Source: a virus (Duplodnaviria > Caudoviricetes). Taken from it: a stretch of DNA of 64,000 bases. A program made the position numbers and the translations under genes. Under the pieces are notes generated by a model that saw nothing but the letters and a program-made list of their open reading frames with translations, had not been told where the DNA came from and searched no databases. The stretch is taken from the IMG/VR virus record IMGVR_UViG_3300043372_000294, positions 32,744-96,743 of that record; one strand, 5' to 3'. Shown piece by piece: positions 11,277 through 20,110 of the stretch; the first letter of the stretch is position 1; every line of letters starts with the position of its first letter.

Positions 11277-12138
11277 AATCCATCGTCCAGAGCACAAAGT
11301 CCATTAACAAAGTATCAACATCAATGTTGCCAGTGGAGTTTAAGATAGAAGGATCAAATTGAATTCTCAAAGAATCTTGCTCAATTTTTGTCACCCCATA
11401 ACGACGATTTTCACGCTTAACGTCATTCAGAAGATCACAGATTAGAAGTTCAGTTGCCTGCTTGATTTCCCAAGGAACACTGAACCATCCCCAGTCGCCC
11501 GTAACCTTAACAATTGTATACAAAGGAAAGGTATATCGAACTAAGTCGTCTCTGCGGCTATCAAAGTAAGGATAATCAGTATTTAACTTAATAAAATATT
11601 TTGATCGAAGATCTATCGCAGCACGTTCTGTGAAATCTGACTCATCAATAAGAACTTCGGATACATTATTTAACCTCGCCCCAAGATAAATTTTTTCTCG
11701 TCCATTGCCATCATAAGAGATACTTTTATTTTTAATAAATTGAAAATCTTGCCCACAATAAGTGTCAATGATTCTTCTAGCAAGCTTCTCGTTTGCATCA
11801 AATTTTGCAGTATATTCGGGATAATCAAACTCGGGGTTATTATCAAAAAATTCTGTGCTAGTAATATAAATATCTTCTAACTTAAATTCAGTATAAGCAT
11901 AGAAGGATTTTGTTGAAAACGTACAAGACCACTTAATTCTATATACACCTGCTGCGCCAAGCAAGTCGTCACTAATAGCGACAGAGTACCTATTCCCAGA
12001 AACAAGAGTTGGGGCTGCAGCAGCAACTACAACATCACCAAAATCATAATAAACAACAACAGAAACACTCCCATTATCCGGGGTGCTTGGGTAAGTAAAA
12101 CTCTCAGTTACAGAAGAATAAAGAGGATAAGTGTTCAT
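11266..12138 (-). CDS. Head-to-tail adaptor with N-terminal Ig-like extension
   Basis: ARRIIDTYCGQ, VTGDWGW..VP..IKQA..LL and TGN..VD.LL motifs. Confidence 0.8.
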   Translation of the reverse strand: MNTYPLYSSVTESFTYPSTPDNGSVSVVVYYDFGDVVVAAAAPTLVSGNRYSVAISDDLLGAAGVYRIKWSCTFSTKSFYAYTEFKLEDIYITSTEFFDNNPEFDYPEYTAKFDANEKLARRIIDTYCGQDFQFIKNKSISYDGNGREKIYLGARLNNVSEVLIDESDFTERAAIDLRSKYFIKLNTDYPYFDSRRDDLVRYTFPLYTIVKVTGDWGWFSVPWEIKQATELLICDLLNDVKRENRRYGVTKIEQDSLRIQFDPSILNSTGNIDVDTLLMDFVLWTMDYVI

Positions 12139-12164
12139 AACAAATTATAACACTTAGCATTTTA

Positions 12165-12485
12165 TTAGCCAAGTTTATAAAACTCTTCAACCATCTGCTT
12201 GGTAGCATAAGCAAAGTTATAAGGCTGAGTTTGCACTAAGTTATTAGCAACTCCTCCATCAAGAAGCTGAAAAGGGTCTTCCTTAGTAAAGATAACATCT
12301 TCCGCATGATAAGAATGTCCACCGACCATTTTCACCATGATCTTCTCAAGCATCAAAGCGGTGGTAGCATCAACTGTAGGGTCCGGAGAGGCCTCTAGAA
12401 TCGTCTCTGCCGTCTTCTTCTTTCGTTGTGCAGTAGTTTTAGCTACTTCTCTTTTAACTTCATTCTCAACAACTTCTTCTGTCAT
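12165..12485 (-). CDS. Small virion-region protein downstream of capsid gene
   Basis: RBS GGAG before MTEEVVEN; the track's upstream extension overlaps a terminator. Confidence 0.6.
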   Translation of the reverse strand: MTEEVVENEVKREVAKTTAQRKKKTAETILEASPDPTVDATTALMLEKIMVKMVGGHSYHAEDVIFTKEDPFQLLDGGVANNLVQTQPYNFAYATKQMVEEFYKLG

Positions 12486-12502
12486 TTTATCTCCTAAAAT
12501 AC

Positions 12503-12530
12503 TAAAGCCGGGGATTTCTCCCCGGCTAAA
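12503..12530 (-). terminator. Terminator after major capsid gene
   Basis: AGCCGGGGA-4 nt loop-TCCCCGGCT inverted repeat. Confidence 0.7.
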
Positions 12531-12558
12531 GTATACCACATTTTAAAGGCTACTCAGA

Positions 12559-13641
12559 TTACGACCGGACTTTGACATTTCTTACGTGCACATAGCTAGC
12601 ACCATTCTCAATTGCGTTAGCAACACGAATGAACTGCGTGTACTCAATGGTGTCCTTCTTGGGCTTGAACTCACGATAGACAACGATGTCACGCTGAATG
12701 CCGATGATACGGTTCTGCGGGAACGTAAGCTCAACAATGCCGTGGTTGCCAGAGGCGGCAGTATAAGTGCCAGTCTCAGTCTCAGAGTAGAGTGGAACCT
12801 CAAGCAGCGGAATGCCGAACGGACGAATCCCACCGACATAAGCCGTACCAGCACCACCCTGAGCGCCACCCATACCCTGATTGACGATAGCATCGCCCAG
12901 AGTTGAACCAAAAGCAGCACCAAGGCCAGAGCCAGTCGTACCAGCACCAGCGCCGGGATTGTAAGTAGCGTTAGCGGAAGCATCAAGAGAAAGACTCCAG
13001 ATGTAGTCCTGAAGCAGCGAGCTAGAGGTAGAGAAAGCAAGCTGCGAACGACGCTGCAGGTACTTGTTCGGAAGGGCACGAAGAGCCTTGTCGAAAACTG
13101 AGCGAGTAAGGTTAGCGCCAGCAGCGTCGACAACAACACCGACACCAGCAAGACCCGAACGGCCACGGGAAAGCGACTTGAAGCCATCAAGGGCAACAAG
13201 AAGCTGATCAGCCGATGACTTATCACCGTTAACCATAAGATCCTCAAGGTCATTTGAAGTCTGGCGAGCCATCATTGAAGCGATATGATCCTCAAGAGAA
13301 TCACCCTCAATGTTGTCCTCAAGACCCTCAGTGGTAAGCTCCCAATCAAGACGAAGCTTAACAGTCGTCATCGAAACCTTCGAAAAGGTAGGAGTAGCAT
13401 CAGTCTGATTGGTGGTAGCGCCTTCAGTGGCAACCTTCATAATACGAGTGCCAAGATCAACCTTATCAATCTCAACGGTCGGAGCGTTCATACGAACAAT
13501 ACGGGCCGTCTTCATAAGGACAGACTGGTCAAACAGGTAATCGATAAAACGATTTGACTGTCTGGGCTTCAGAATACCACCGCTACCGGCACCGATAGCA
13601 CTATTATTTACAACTTTTTCTAAAAGATCTCTCTTATCCAT
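12559..13641 (-). CDS. Major capsid protein (HK97 fold)
   Basis: 360 aa; GGIL.P.QSNRFI..., LEDNIEG..LE..I..MMA.Q...DLE.L..NGD, LP.KY motifs; strongly biased codons. Confidence 0.95.
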   Translation of the reverse strand: MDKRDLLEKVVNNSAIGAGSGGILKPRQSNRFIDYLFDQSVLMKTARIVRMNAPTVEIDKVDLGTRIMKVATEGATTNQTDATPTFSKVSMTTVKLRLDWELTTEGLEDNIEGDSLEDHIASMMARQTSNDLEDLMVNGDKSSADQLLVALDGFKSLSRGRSGLAGVGVVVDAAGANLTRSVFDKALRALPNKYLQRRSQLAFSTSSSLLQDYIWSLSLDASANATYNPGAGAGTTGSGLGAAFGSTLGDAIVNQGMGGAQGGAGTAYVGGIRPFGIPLLEVPLYSETETGTYTAASGNHGIVELTFPQNRIIGIQRDIVVYREFKPKKDTIEYTQFIRVANAIENGASYVHVRNVKVRS

Positions 13642-13657
13642 TATTCACCTCCACTAA

Positions 13658-16300
13658 TCACGAATCATAACCGAGGGCTTTTACGACCTCGGTAGGGACG
13701 AACATTCCGCCCCAAAAGCTTTCAGATTCGGCACTCTTGGCGAGAACCTCATCCTCCGCAAAACCATCGGCCTCTATGTCAGCCGACTTCTTCCCTGCAC
13801 CTGAATTTGCAACCTTCTCAAGTTCACCCGAAAGCTCATCAGCAGCATCCTTAGCCTCAGAAACGGACTTTTCGATAGCATCGATCTTCCCGTCAACTTC
13901 GGCTGTGATATCGGCCTTGACCTTCTCAAGCTTCTCATCAAGAAGAGCGCCCAGTCCTTCAAGAACTTTCTCGAAATCCATTTCTTCTTCTCCTTCTGTT
14001 ACAGACAGTTCAATGTCTGTCTGACTATCTACTGACTTAATCGTGACTTCCTCAAGAGCGAACTCCCCCGGACCCTGACCAGTCAGAGAACTATCGCCAC
14101 TGACAGTTTCAGCGCGCGTTGCATTGGTGATATCTGCCTTCGGCGTAGTGCTTCCGACAGACTCCTCAAGCATTCCTCCGCCAACATTGATAGTTACTCT
14201 AGGAGCATTATCCATGTTGCCTTCAGAAACAATTTTAAGGTTGTGATTCATACTAACAACATCAACAACCTGACCCTTTTCAACAGAAGAATCTTTCCCA
14301 AACAGGAAAGATCCAAGCTTTGACAAAATATTTTGTTTTTGAGTATCTGTAAAATCTTCGTTGGCCATATCACTCATATTATCATAATTTTTATTCATAT
14401 GCAAATCACCTTCTTTTTCATTTTTAGAAACCATTGACTCCTCCATAGTGTCGGGTGTTTCGTAAATATCATCAGTAACTATTGCTGCTGCCTCGGAAAC
14501 AGTTCTGCGAAGAACCTGAATCACAATCTCCTGAGTAGGTGTAGGTTCAGGCATGATCTTGCTCATACGGTCTTCAGGTTTAATACCCTGTTGTGGCTTC
14601 TTAATACCACCACCGCCAGAGCCAATTTCTCCAGTCCCAATGGCTTTGCAATAAACGCAGTAAGAGTCTTTCATCATGACTCCTTCGCCATTGCAATATT
14701 CACAATCAGCACCATCAGACATCTTTCCCTCGCCGTCACATTCCGGGCAGGACATATCTTTCATCAAATACTCTGTATCATCACAATACTTGCACATATA
14801 ATCATTTTTATTCATTTCTTCTGCGCTTTCATTTGAATCAAAATAAACTTTTTTAGAACTAGAAGACTTTGGATGATCAGAGTCCAGAAGGTCATAGTCA
14901 GTTATATACTTACTATTTTCTGGTCTACCAGTGCGAGAAAGGTATAGGAAAGCATTAACGCGAGCAATTGCCCACTGATTACGATTCATTCCGGGGCGAT
15001 GCGAAGTAGAAAAAGCCCCCGCTCCGCGACGGTAAACTGCTTTCAATTGCCCAAGAGTCACCCGAGTCCACTCAGGGCGACCTTCCATTTTATCATTGTG
15101 CTCTTTAGCCTTATTTCGCAAAGCCTGCTCCGTAGCAGCAGAGACTGTAATGCCACCAGTTCTGCCAGATGCAGATCCGGGTTCATTAGCATCAGAACCA
15201 CGAATCTGCTCAGAAGGAGCAGCAGGAGCTTTGCTTATCTCAGATATAATTTGGCTCGGGCCATCAACACTCATGCCTTCGACATCTGTTCCGACACCTT
15301 TATCCATAGCTTTAATTCTATTAGTAATAGCGCGCGCCCAAGTTTGGCCGGGATCTCCGCCCCACAAAGCCCAAGCAATTCTTCCAGCGCTAGGATAGCC
15401 ATCGCCGGGAGTGAATCCCTTTCCTTGTTTATCAACCTCATGACGGGAAAAGAACGAGTGCATTCTTCGAACAGTTGAAATGCTCAGAGTATCTTTATTC
15501 ATAATGTCTCTAGCTCTAGCTACACCGACAGGAGTTCCGCCACGATTGAATTCTTTTCTCCACTCAAGACCGCGCTTGGCCTCTGCTGCCATAGCGTCTG
15601 TCGGGACAGTATTGATATCAGAAAGAGCTTTCTCAAAAGAATCATTAATAGTCTCAATGAATTTATTAATCAGAATTTTGTCGTATTCTTCGGAGCGCCC
15701 AATGATAATCATTTCTTCAGAACATACTGCACAAGTGCTATCGCCACCGACAGCAGCATATCTATCATCTTCGCAGTAGAAGACATCCTGAACACTCTCA
15801 GCGACATATTCAAGCTGACCATCAACACTTTTGATCATTGCAAACATCCCTGCAGGATTGCAAGGATTATCAACAACACTTAATTCTCCAAGAGTATATT
15901 GCGTAATCTCATTGATCTGTCTATTCAGCTTTTCAGAAAGTTTTTTCTTACTATCTTTAACATAACCACCAATAGAGAAGCCGCGCAAAGTTCCATCAAG
16001 AATCTTCTGCCAAGTGCTTTCTGCACCCTTAGAAATATAAACCGAAACCTCAATGCCTTGATAAGTTTCGCCCTCATGCTGAACAGGAACTTTCTTCCAA
16101 TCAACAAGTTTACCAACCGCAACAGGAGAATGCATCTCCCTAATATTTCCCACCCAATTAGAAAAAGCCTCAACGGAGGCATCAAAATTGACAACATCAT
16201 CTACAAGATCGGGGTTATCAGCGGTAGCAATACCAGTGACAATCCTCTGCTCCTGATTGATCTTCTGAAATGGGAAAGTGAAGTTAAGTCCAGATTGCAT
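13658..16300 (-). CDS. Prohead (capsid maturation) protease fused to inserted domains and C-terminal scaffold
   Basis: EQRIVTG.AT....D...D, IREMH...AVGK, W.KI.DG.L.GFSIGG, ELS.VD.P.N motifs; acidic coiled-coil C-terminus. Confidence 0.9.
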   Translation of the reverse strand: MQSGLNFTFPFQKINQEQRIVTGIATADNPDLVDDVVNFDASVEAFSNWVGNIREMHSPVAVGKLVDWKKVPVQHEGETYQGIEVSVYISKGAESTWQKILDGTLRGFSIGGYVKDSKKKLSEKLNRQINEITQYTLGELSVVDNPCNPAGMFAMIKSVDGQLEYVAESVQDVFYCEDDRYAAVGGDSTCAVCSEEMIIIGRSEEYDKILINKFIETINDSFEKALSDINTVPTDAMAAEAKRGLEWRKEFNRGGTPVGVARARDIMNKDTLSISTVRRMHSFFSRHEVDKQGKGFTPGDGYPSAGRIAWALWGGDPGQTWARAITNRIKAMDKGVGTDVEGMSVDGPSQIISEISKAPAAPSEQIRGSDANEPGSASGRTGGITVSAATEQALRNKAKEHNDKMEGRPEWTRVTLGQLKAVYRRGAGAFSTSHRPGMNRNQWAIARVNAFLYLSRTGRPENSKYITDYDLLDSDHPKSSSSKKVYFDSNESAEEMNKNDYMCKYCDDTEYLMKDMSCPECDGEGKMSDGADCEYCNGEGVMMKDSYCVYCKAIGTGEIGSGGGGIKKPQQGIKPEDRMSKIMPEPTPTQEIVIQVLRRTVSEAAAIVTDDIYETPDTMEESMVSKNEKEGDLHMNKNYDNMSDMANEDFTDTQKQNILSKLGSFLFGKDSSVEKGQVVDVVSMNHNLKIVSEGNMDNAPRVTINVGGGMLEESVGSTTPKADITNATRAETVSGDSSLTGQGPGEFALEEVTIKSVDSQTDIELSVTEGEEEMDFEKVLEGLGALLDEKLEKVKADITAEVDGKIDAIEKSVSEAKDAADELSGELEKVANSGAGKKSADIEADGFAEDEVLAKSAESESFWGGMFVPTEVVKALGYDS

Positions 16301-16352
16301 AAACAATCCTCCGATCCTATTAATTGTAGATAAGATTTACTAAAAAGTCAAA

Positions 16353-17120
16353 TTATCTAACTCTTAATAAATACCAACCATTTATAGTCGCTGTTGCAGT
16401 AGCGCTTGCAGTACCCATTTGCACAGTAAAGTCTATATATGTAGTTCCAGACATATCAGTAGCTGAAGAGCCATACCCAACTTGCGTTTGAGCGACAGTA
16501 ATAGCATTCCATGTTGCACCACCAGCACCATTGTAAAGCATACCTGAAGCTAATTGAGAAGGAGAAGATGGACCAATTGCTGCAACATTTAAATCTACCT
16601 CAATCCTCCAAGGTCTATTATTAGCGGAAACGCCTATAGATATAGCTCCAGTAGCTATGACTGCAGCCGTAGAAGACGTAGACCCAATTTTGTATCTCCA
16701 TGTATATGTAGTAGCTGCTGCAGCATTACTTAATAATGTTCCATAAGCAACTAGTTTATACAAATCTTGATTTTGAGCACCAGTGAAGTTTGTAGAAAGC
16801 AAAGCAGTTTCTGTCGTTGAATTAGATACAGTTGAGCTAGAACTTGATGAAGACAGGCGAATTGTTCCAGCCGGTCCAATAAGCGAAACTCCACCACCCC
16901 ATGCCCCGGATGCTTTTGGGCCATAAATACGGGAAGCAGTTGTATCAATGTAAAAATCACCATTGACTCCAAGGCCAGAAGATGGAACGCCAGACCCGTT
17001 AAGGATTGTCTTGCCATCGATACCATTAGTGCCATTAGTTCCTGTAGCACCTGTTGGACCTTGAGCACCAATAGCAGTCTCAACCCAAGCAGAGCCATCC
17101 CAAATCTTAAGAACAGTCAT
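16353..17120 (-). CDS. Collagen-repeat fibre/minor structural protein
   Basis: GXY repeats; G.TILNG.G.PSS.LG..GDFYID module. Confidence 0.65.
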   Translation of the reverse strand: MTVLKIWDGSAWVETAIGAQGPTGATGTNGTNGIDGKTILNGSGVPSSGLGVNGDFYIDTTASRIYGPKASGAWGGGVSLIGPAGTIRLSSSSSSSTVSNSTTETALLSTNFTGAQNQDLYKLVAYGTLLSNAAAATTYTWRYKIGSTSSTAAVIATGAISIGVSANNRPWRIEVDLNVAAIGPSSPSQLASGMLYNGAGGATWNAITVAQTQVGYGSSATDMSGTTYIDFTVQMGTASATATATINGWYLLRVR

Positions 17121-17674
17121 ATTTTACTCCTATATAAATTAGGATCAATAGTAGATGCAGCAATTTCTGGATCAATAGGCCATTTATTATCTAATAATAA
17201 ATTGAAAGTATTTAATGTATTATTAATTAAATCAGAATAATTTACAATAGAAAGATTGACATCACTACGCTCCGCTAAATCTTCTTCAATTTGGGTTCTA
17301 AAATTTATAAATGACTGTCCTATCAAACCACCAAAAGAGCTAGAATAAGAAAGTTGTATTTCATCTATAGATCTACTAGTTAAAACAATAGTCCATTCGC
17401 CATCTGGAAGATCAGTTAAATTATATACAGACATTTTTAAAATATTATTGTCTGGGACAATATCAATCCACTCAGATGCTGGGCGGGTGAGATAATTGTG
17501 AGCATAATAATCAGTATTAGGATTTGGATTATATCCAACGGAGTCAACTTCGCGACTTCTAATAACTGACTCAAGTTCCTGATTATACCAAATAGGCATT
17601 TGAGATGCTAAAGCAAGAGCATGAATTAAAGCAGTAGTTCCAGTTCTATTAAGCCCACCAATAATATATTTCAC
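17117..17674 (-). CDS. Sulfotransferase-like P-loop protein
   Basis: N-terminal GGLNRTGTT..L resembling the GxxRSGTS PAPS-binding motif; later R...E...S, Y.DL, IDP.LYR. Confidence 0.55.
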   Translation of the reverse strand: MKYIIGGLNRTGTTALIHALALASQMPIWYNQELESVIRSREVDSVGYNPNPNTDYYAHNYLTRPASEWIDIVPDNNILKMSVYNLTDLPDGEWTIVLTSRSIDEIQLSYSSSFGGLIGQSFINFRTQIEEDLAERSDVNLSIVNYSDLINNTLNTFNLLLDNKWPIDPEIAASTIDPNLYRSKI

Positions 17675-18351
17675 TATTTCACCGCCAAAAGCGTAGAAGC
17701 TGGATAATAAATAAGAGTTCCGCTAGTAGTAGCAGTTCTACTCCCAGTAGCGCCAGAAGCTATGAGGTTTTCAGTAGTCATAAGTGTATTTGTATAAAAA
17801 TTATGAACAGGACTATAAATATTTATGTTAGATCTTTCTGTCATAGATGCAGGTTTAATTAAAATATCTGAAGTGGCGCTCCAATTCCACCAACAACCAA
17901 CTAGTATATCTGAAGAAGTAGTTGTGGTAATTGAGTTCGCTGTCAGAGAACCGGCAACGGGAGCGCCAACTACATCTATTGCTGTCCCCCCAGATATTGC
18001 CATTATTGACATTGCCCCAGAATACCAATTGACACCGGGCCAAGTAAGTGATGTCTCAGAACCTGTTGCAGTTTTTGTAAAAATAAGCCTTTCATAATAA
18101 TCTCCACTAAAATTAGAAAAACCATACTGAGCAATCCATCCTGAAGGGGGATTATAGTAATTATATGTAGTACTTCCAGTTTTTGCATCAATATCAAGAT
18201 TAACTTGCATAATAAGAATATCACCTGCAGCGAAACCAGCAGGCATAGCACAAGTCATACTAGAAGTAGTTGTTGAAGCAGTAGCAACAGATCTGAATTG
18301 TGGACCCGCAGCAGCAGTAATACGACTAGAAGCAGTTATTCCAAGAATCAT
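17674..18351 (-). CDS. Ser/Thr-rich putative receptor-binding/minor tail protein
   Basis: MILGI.AS start; two related beta repeats (P.G..AGDILI / TT..DILV). Confidence 0.5.
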   Translation of the reverse strand: MILGITASSRITAAAGPQFRSVATASTTTSSMTCAMPAGFAAGDILIMQVNLDIDAKTGSTTYNYYNPPSGWIAQYGFSNFSGDYYERLIFTKTATGSETSLTWPGVNWYSGAMSIMAISGGTAIDVVGAPVAGSLTANSITTTTSSDILVGCWWNWSATSDILIKPASMTERSNINIYSPVHNFYTNTLMTTENLIASGATGSRTATTSGTLIYYPASTLLAVK

Positions 18352-18917
18352 GTTAAATCACCAACCAAAACCCATGTATTAGTAGCTCTCTTAATAAGTG
18401 TAGCAGAAGACCACTGCGCTCTCAAAATCAAACTTGGAGTAGCATTAATAGTTACCCCGCCAGCAGGAGCGATAGTTACAGATCCAGTACCAGTTGCCAA
18501 AAGATTAATTTGAGTCCCAATAGCAAAAGCAACAGATGCATTTGTCGGAACAGTTATTGTAGCAGCAGCAGAAACTTCAATCAAAGTTTGTTCATCTGTC
18601 AATGCCAAAGTATAATTGGCAGATTTAATAGAAGTATTCAATCTATATGGTGCAAAAAGTGAACCAGTAGAACTTGTATCAGCCCAAACTACAGAAGTAT
18701 CGGACGGGGCTGTTGACTGAATTACTATCCCCGCTGGACCTTGCGGGCCAATCATACCAACTGAAGCTTCGCTAGCAATAGCAGAAGGACTCACAGAAAT
18801 ATTCTGCAAACCTCTATTGACAGTAACATTAGGGCCAGCAGCAGTTGGAGTGACACTAACAGTCGTATCAGTACCACTTACAGTAATTTCATTAGTGGTC
18901 TGATTAACCTCAGTCAT
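18348..18917 (-). CDS. Minor structural/fibre-associated protein
   Basis: GPQGP; YTL.LTD....TITVP.NASV.F..GTQI....W.L.GDL module common in phage fibres. Confidence 0.6.
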   Translation of the reverse strand: MTEVNQTTNEITVSGTDTTVSVTPTAAGPNVTVNRGLQNISVSPSAIASEASVGMIGPQGPAGIVIQSTAPSDTSVVWADTSSTGSLFAPYRLNTSIKSANYTLALTDEQTLIEVSAAATITVPTNASVAFAIGTQINLLATGTGSVTIAPAGGVTINATPSLILRAQWSSATLIKRATNTWVLVGDLT

Positions 18918-19594
18918 TAGTAGGTAATCTCCTGCCTAACTTCAAATAACCCGCGAATAATTTTGATGGTATCTCCAGCAGTTCCTACGCCGGGAGAAGT
19001 ACCAAGAGTTACTTCAAGATCATAATCATAAATACCAGCGGCAACAGCGGCCATAGTTGTAGAGGGAATTTTGATATCAATAATGCCCGTCGAAGGAGTT
19101 AAGTCAAGAGTTGATGTAAAGAGACTATGACCTGTTCCCGCAGATCCTGAGGTAGTAATACCTGAACCATTTAAAGTAGAAGTTACGTTAAATGTGGTTG
19201 CAGTTAAATAGATTACATAATAAGAAGTTCCGGCAGTTAATCCGGTTGGCAGTGTTCCAGTGGTTGTGAACTTCACAACATCGTTAAGCAAAAGATTGTG
19301 GGCAGAAGGCGTAGTAAAAACTCCCGGAGCAGCAATAGTTACAGTCACAGTAGAAGCGAAAACTGAAGGATCTGACGTACCAATAGATATAACAGGTGCA
19401 TCTCTGTAAGCAGCAGCCTTAAGTCGCTCTGGATAAGACTTTCGAACCTTCATAGAAGCAGTAGCGCCAGTGCCAAGATTAATCGCAGTCCCAGCCGAAT
19501 TCTTGTAGACAATTTGACGGATAAAGGTTGTACCTTGATCCGCCACAATATTATAAATGCCAACATCAGAAACATCATTAACAATCGTCGTCAT
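18917..19594 (-). CDS. Baseplate-upper-like adaptor carrying an inserted beta module
   Basis: YNI..DQG.TF...INL....A.M.VRK and G.YDYDLEV....G.F.V..EIT frame around an HNL...LPTGL.AGT.YYV module. Confidence 0.55.
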   Translation of the reverse strand: MTTIVNDVSDVGIYNIVADQGTTFIRQIVYKNSAGTAINLGTGATASMKVRKSYPERLKAAAYRDAPVISIGTSDPSVFASTVTVTIAAPGVFTTPSAHNLLLNDVVKFTTTGTLPTGLTAGTSYYVIYLTATTFNVTSTLNGSGITTSGSAGTGHSLFTSTLDLTPSTGIIDIKIPSTTMAAVAAGIYDYDLEVTLGTSPGVGTAGDTIKIIRGLFEVRQEITY

Positions 19595-19648
19595 TTTTCC
19601 TCCAAATATATAACCATTTTATCATCATATTAACTTAAAGGCATAAAG

Positions 19649-20080
19649 TTATGCAATTAAATCTCCAACTAAAATATAAATATTAGATCCAGTACAAACT
19701 AATGTTGCCCCAGAGTACTGAGTCCTAAACTTCTTCCCCGAAGAAGAGTTTACAGTCGCTGTCCCAGCAATAGTTACTTGCCCCAATCCAGTTTGGATCA
19801 TATCAATTCTTTGTCCAACAGTAATGCCAATACCTATATTTACGTTTAGCGTCATCGCTACAGAACTGTTATTTAGCAAAAGTACTTTGCCATTATCTCC
19901 CGAATTAATAGAGTAAGAGTTTGCTGTGATTGTAGGAGTAGATACTGCCTGAGCAGTTGCCCAGTCTCCAGTGCTACCTTGAGGGCCCTGTGGCCCCTGT
20001 GGCCCCTGTGGACCTTGTTTTCCTACTACAATGACTTCCCATTGGCTTGTTGCTGGATTCCAGCTTTTGATTGTACTCAT
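19649..20080 (-). CDS. Collagen-repeat fibre protein
   Basis: (GPQ)4; C-terminal module paralogous to 18348-18917. Confidence 0.6.
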   Translation of the reverse strand: MSTIKSWNPATSQWEVIVVGKQGPQGPQGPQGPQGSTGDWATAQAVSTPTITANSYSINSGDNGKVLLLNNSSVAMTLNVNIGIGITVGQRIDMIQTGLGQVTIAGTATVNSSSGKKFRTQYSGATLVCTGSNIYILVGDLIA

Positions 20081-20110
20081 TATCTTTTCTGCACTGTTCT
20101 ATTCATAAAA

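Noticed and set aside
12582-13253. 223-aa alternative-frame ORF within the capsid gene, and similar shadows in tape measure, portal and nrdJ
   Set aside because: Explained by codon bias of the real gene; no RBS or motifs
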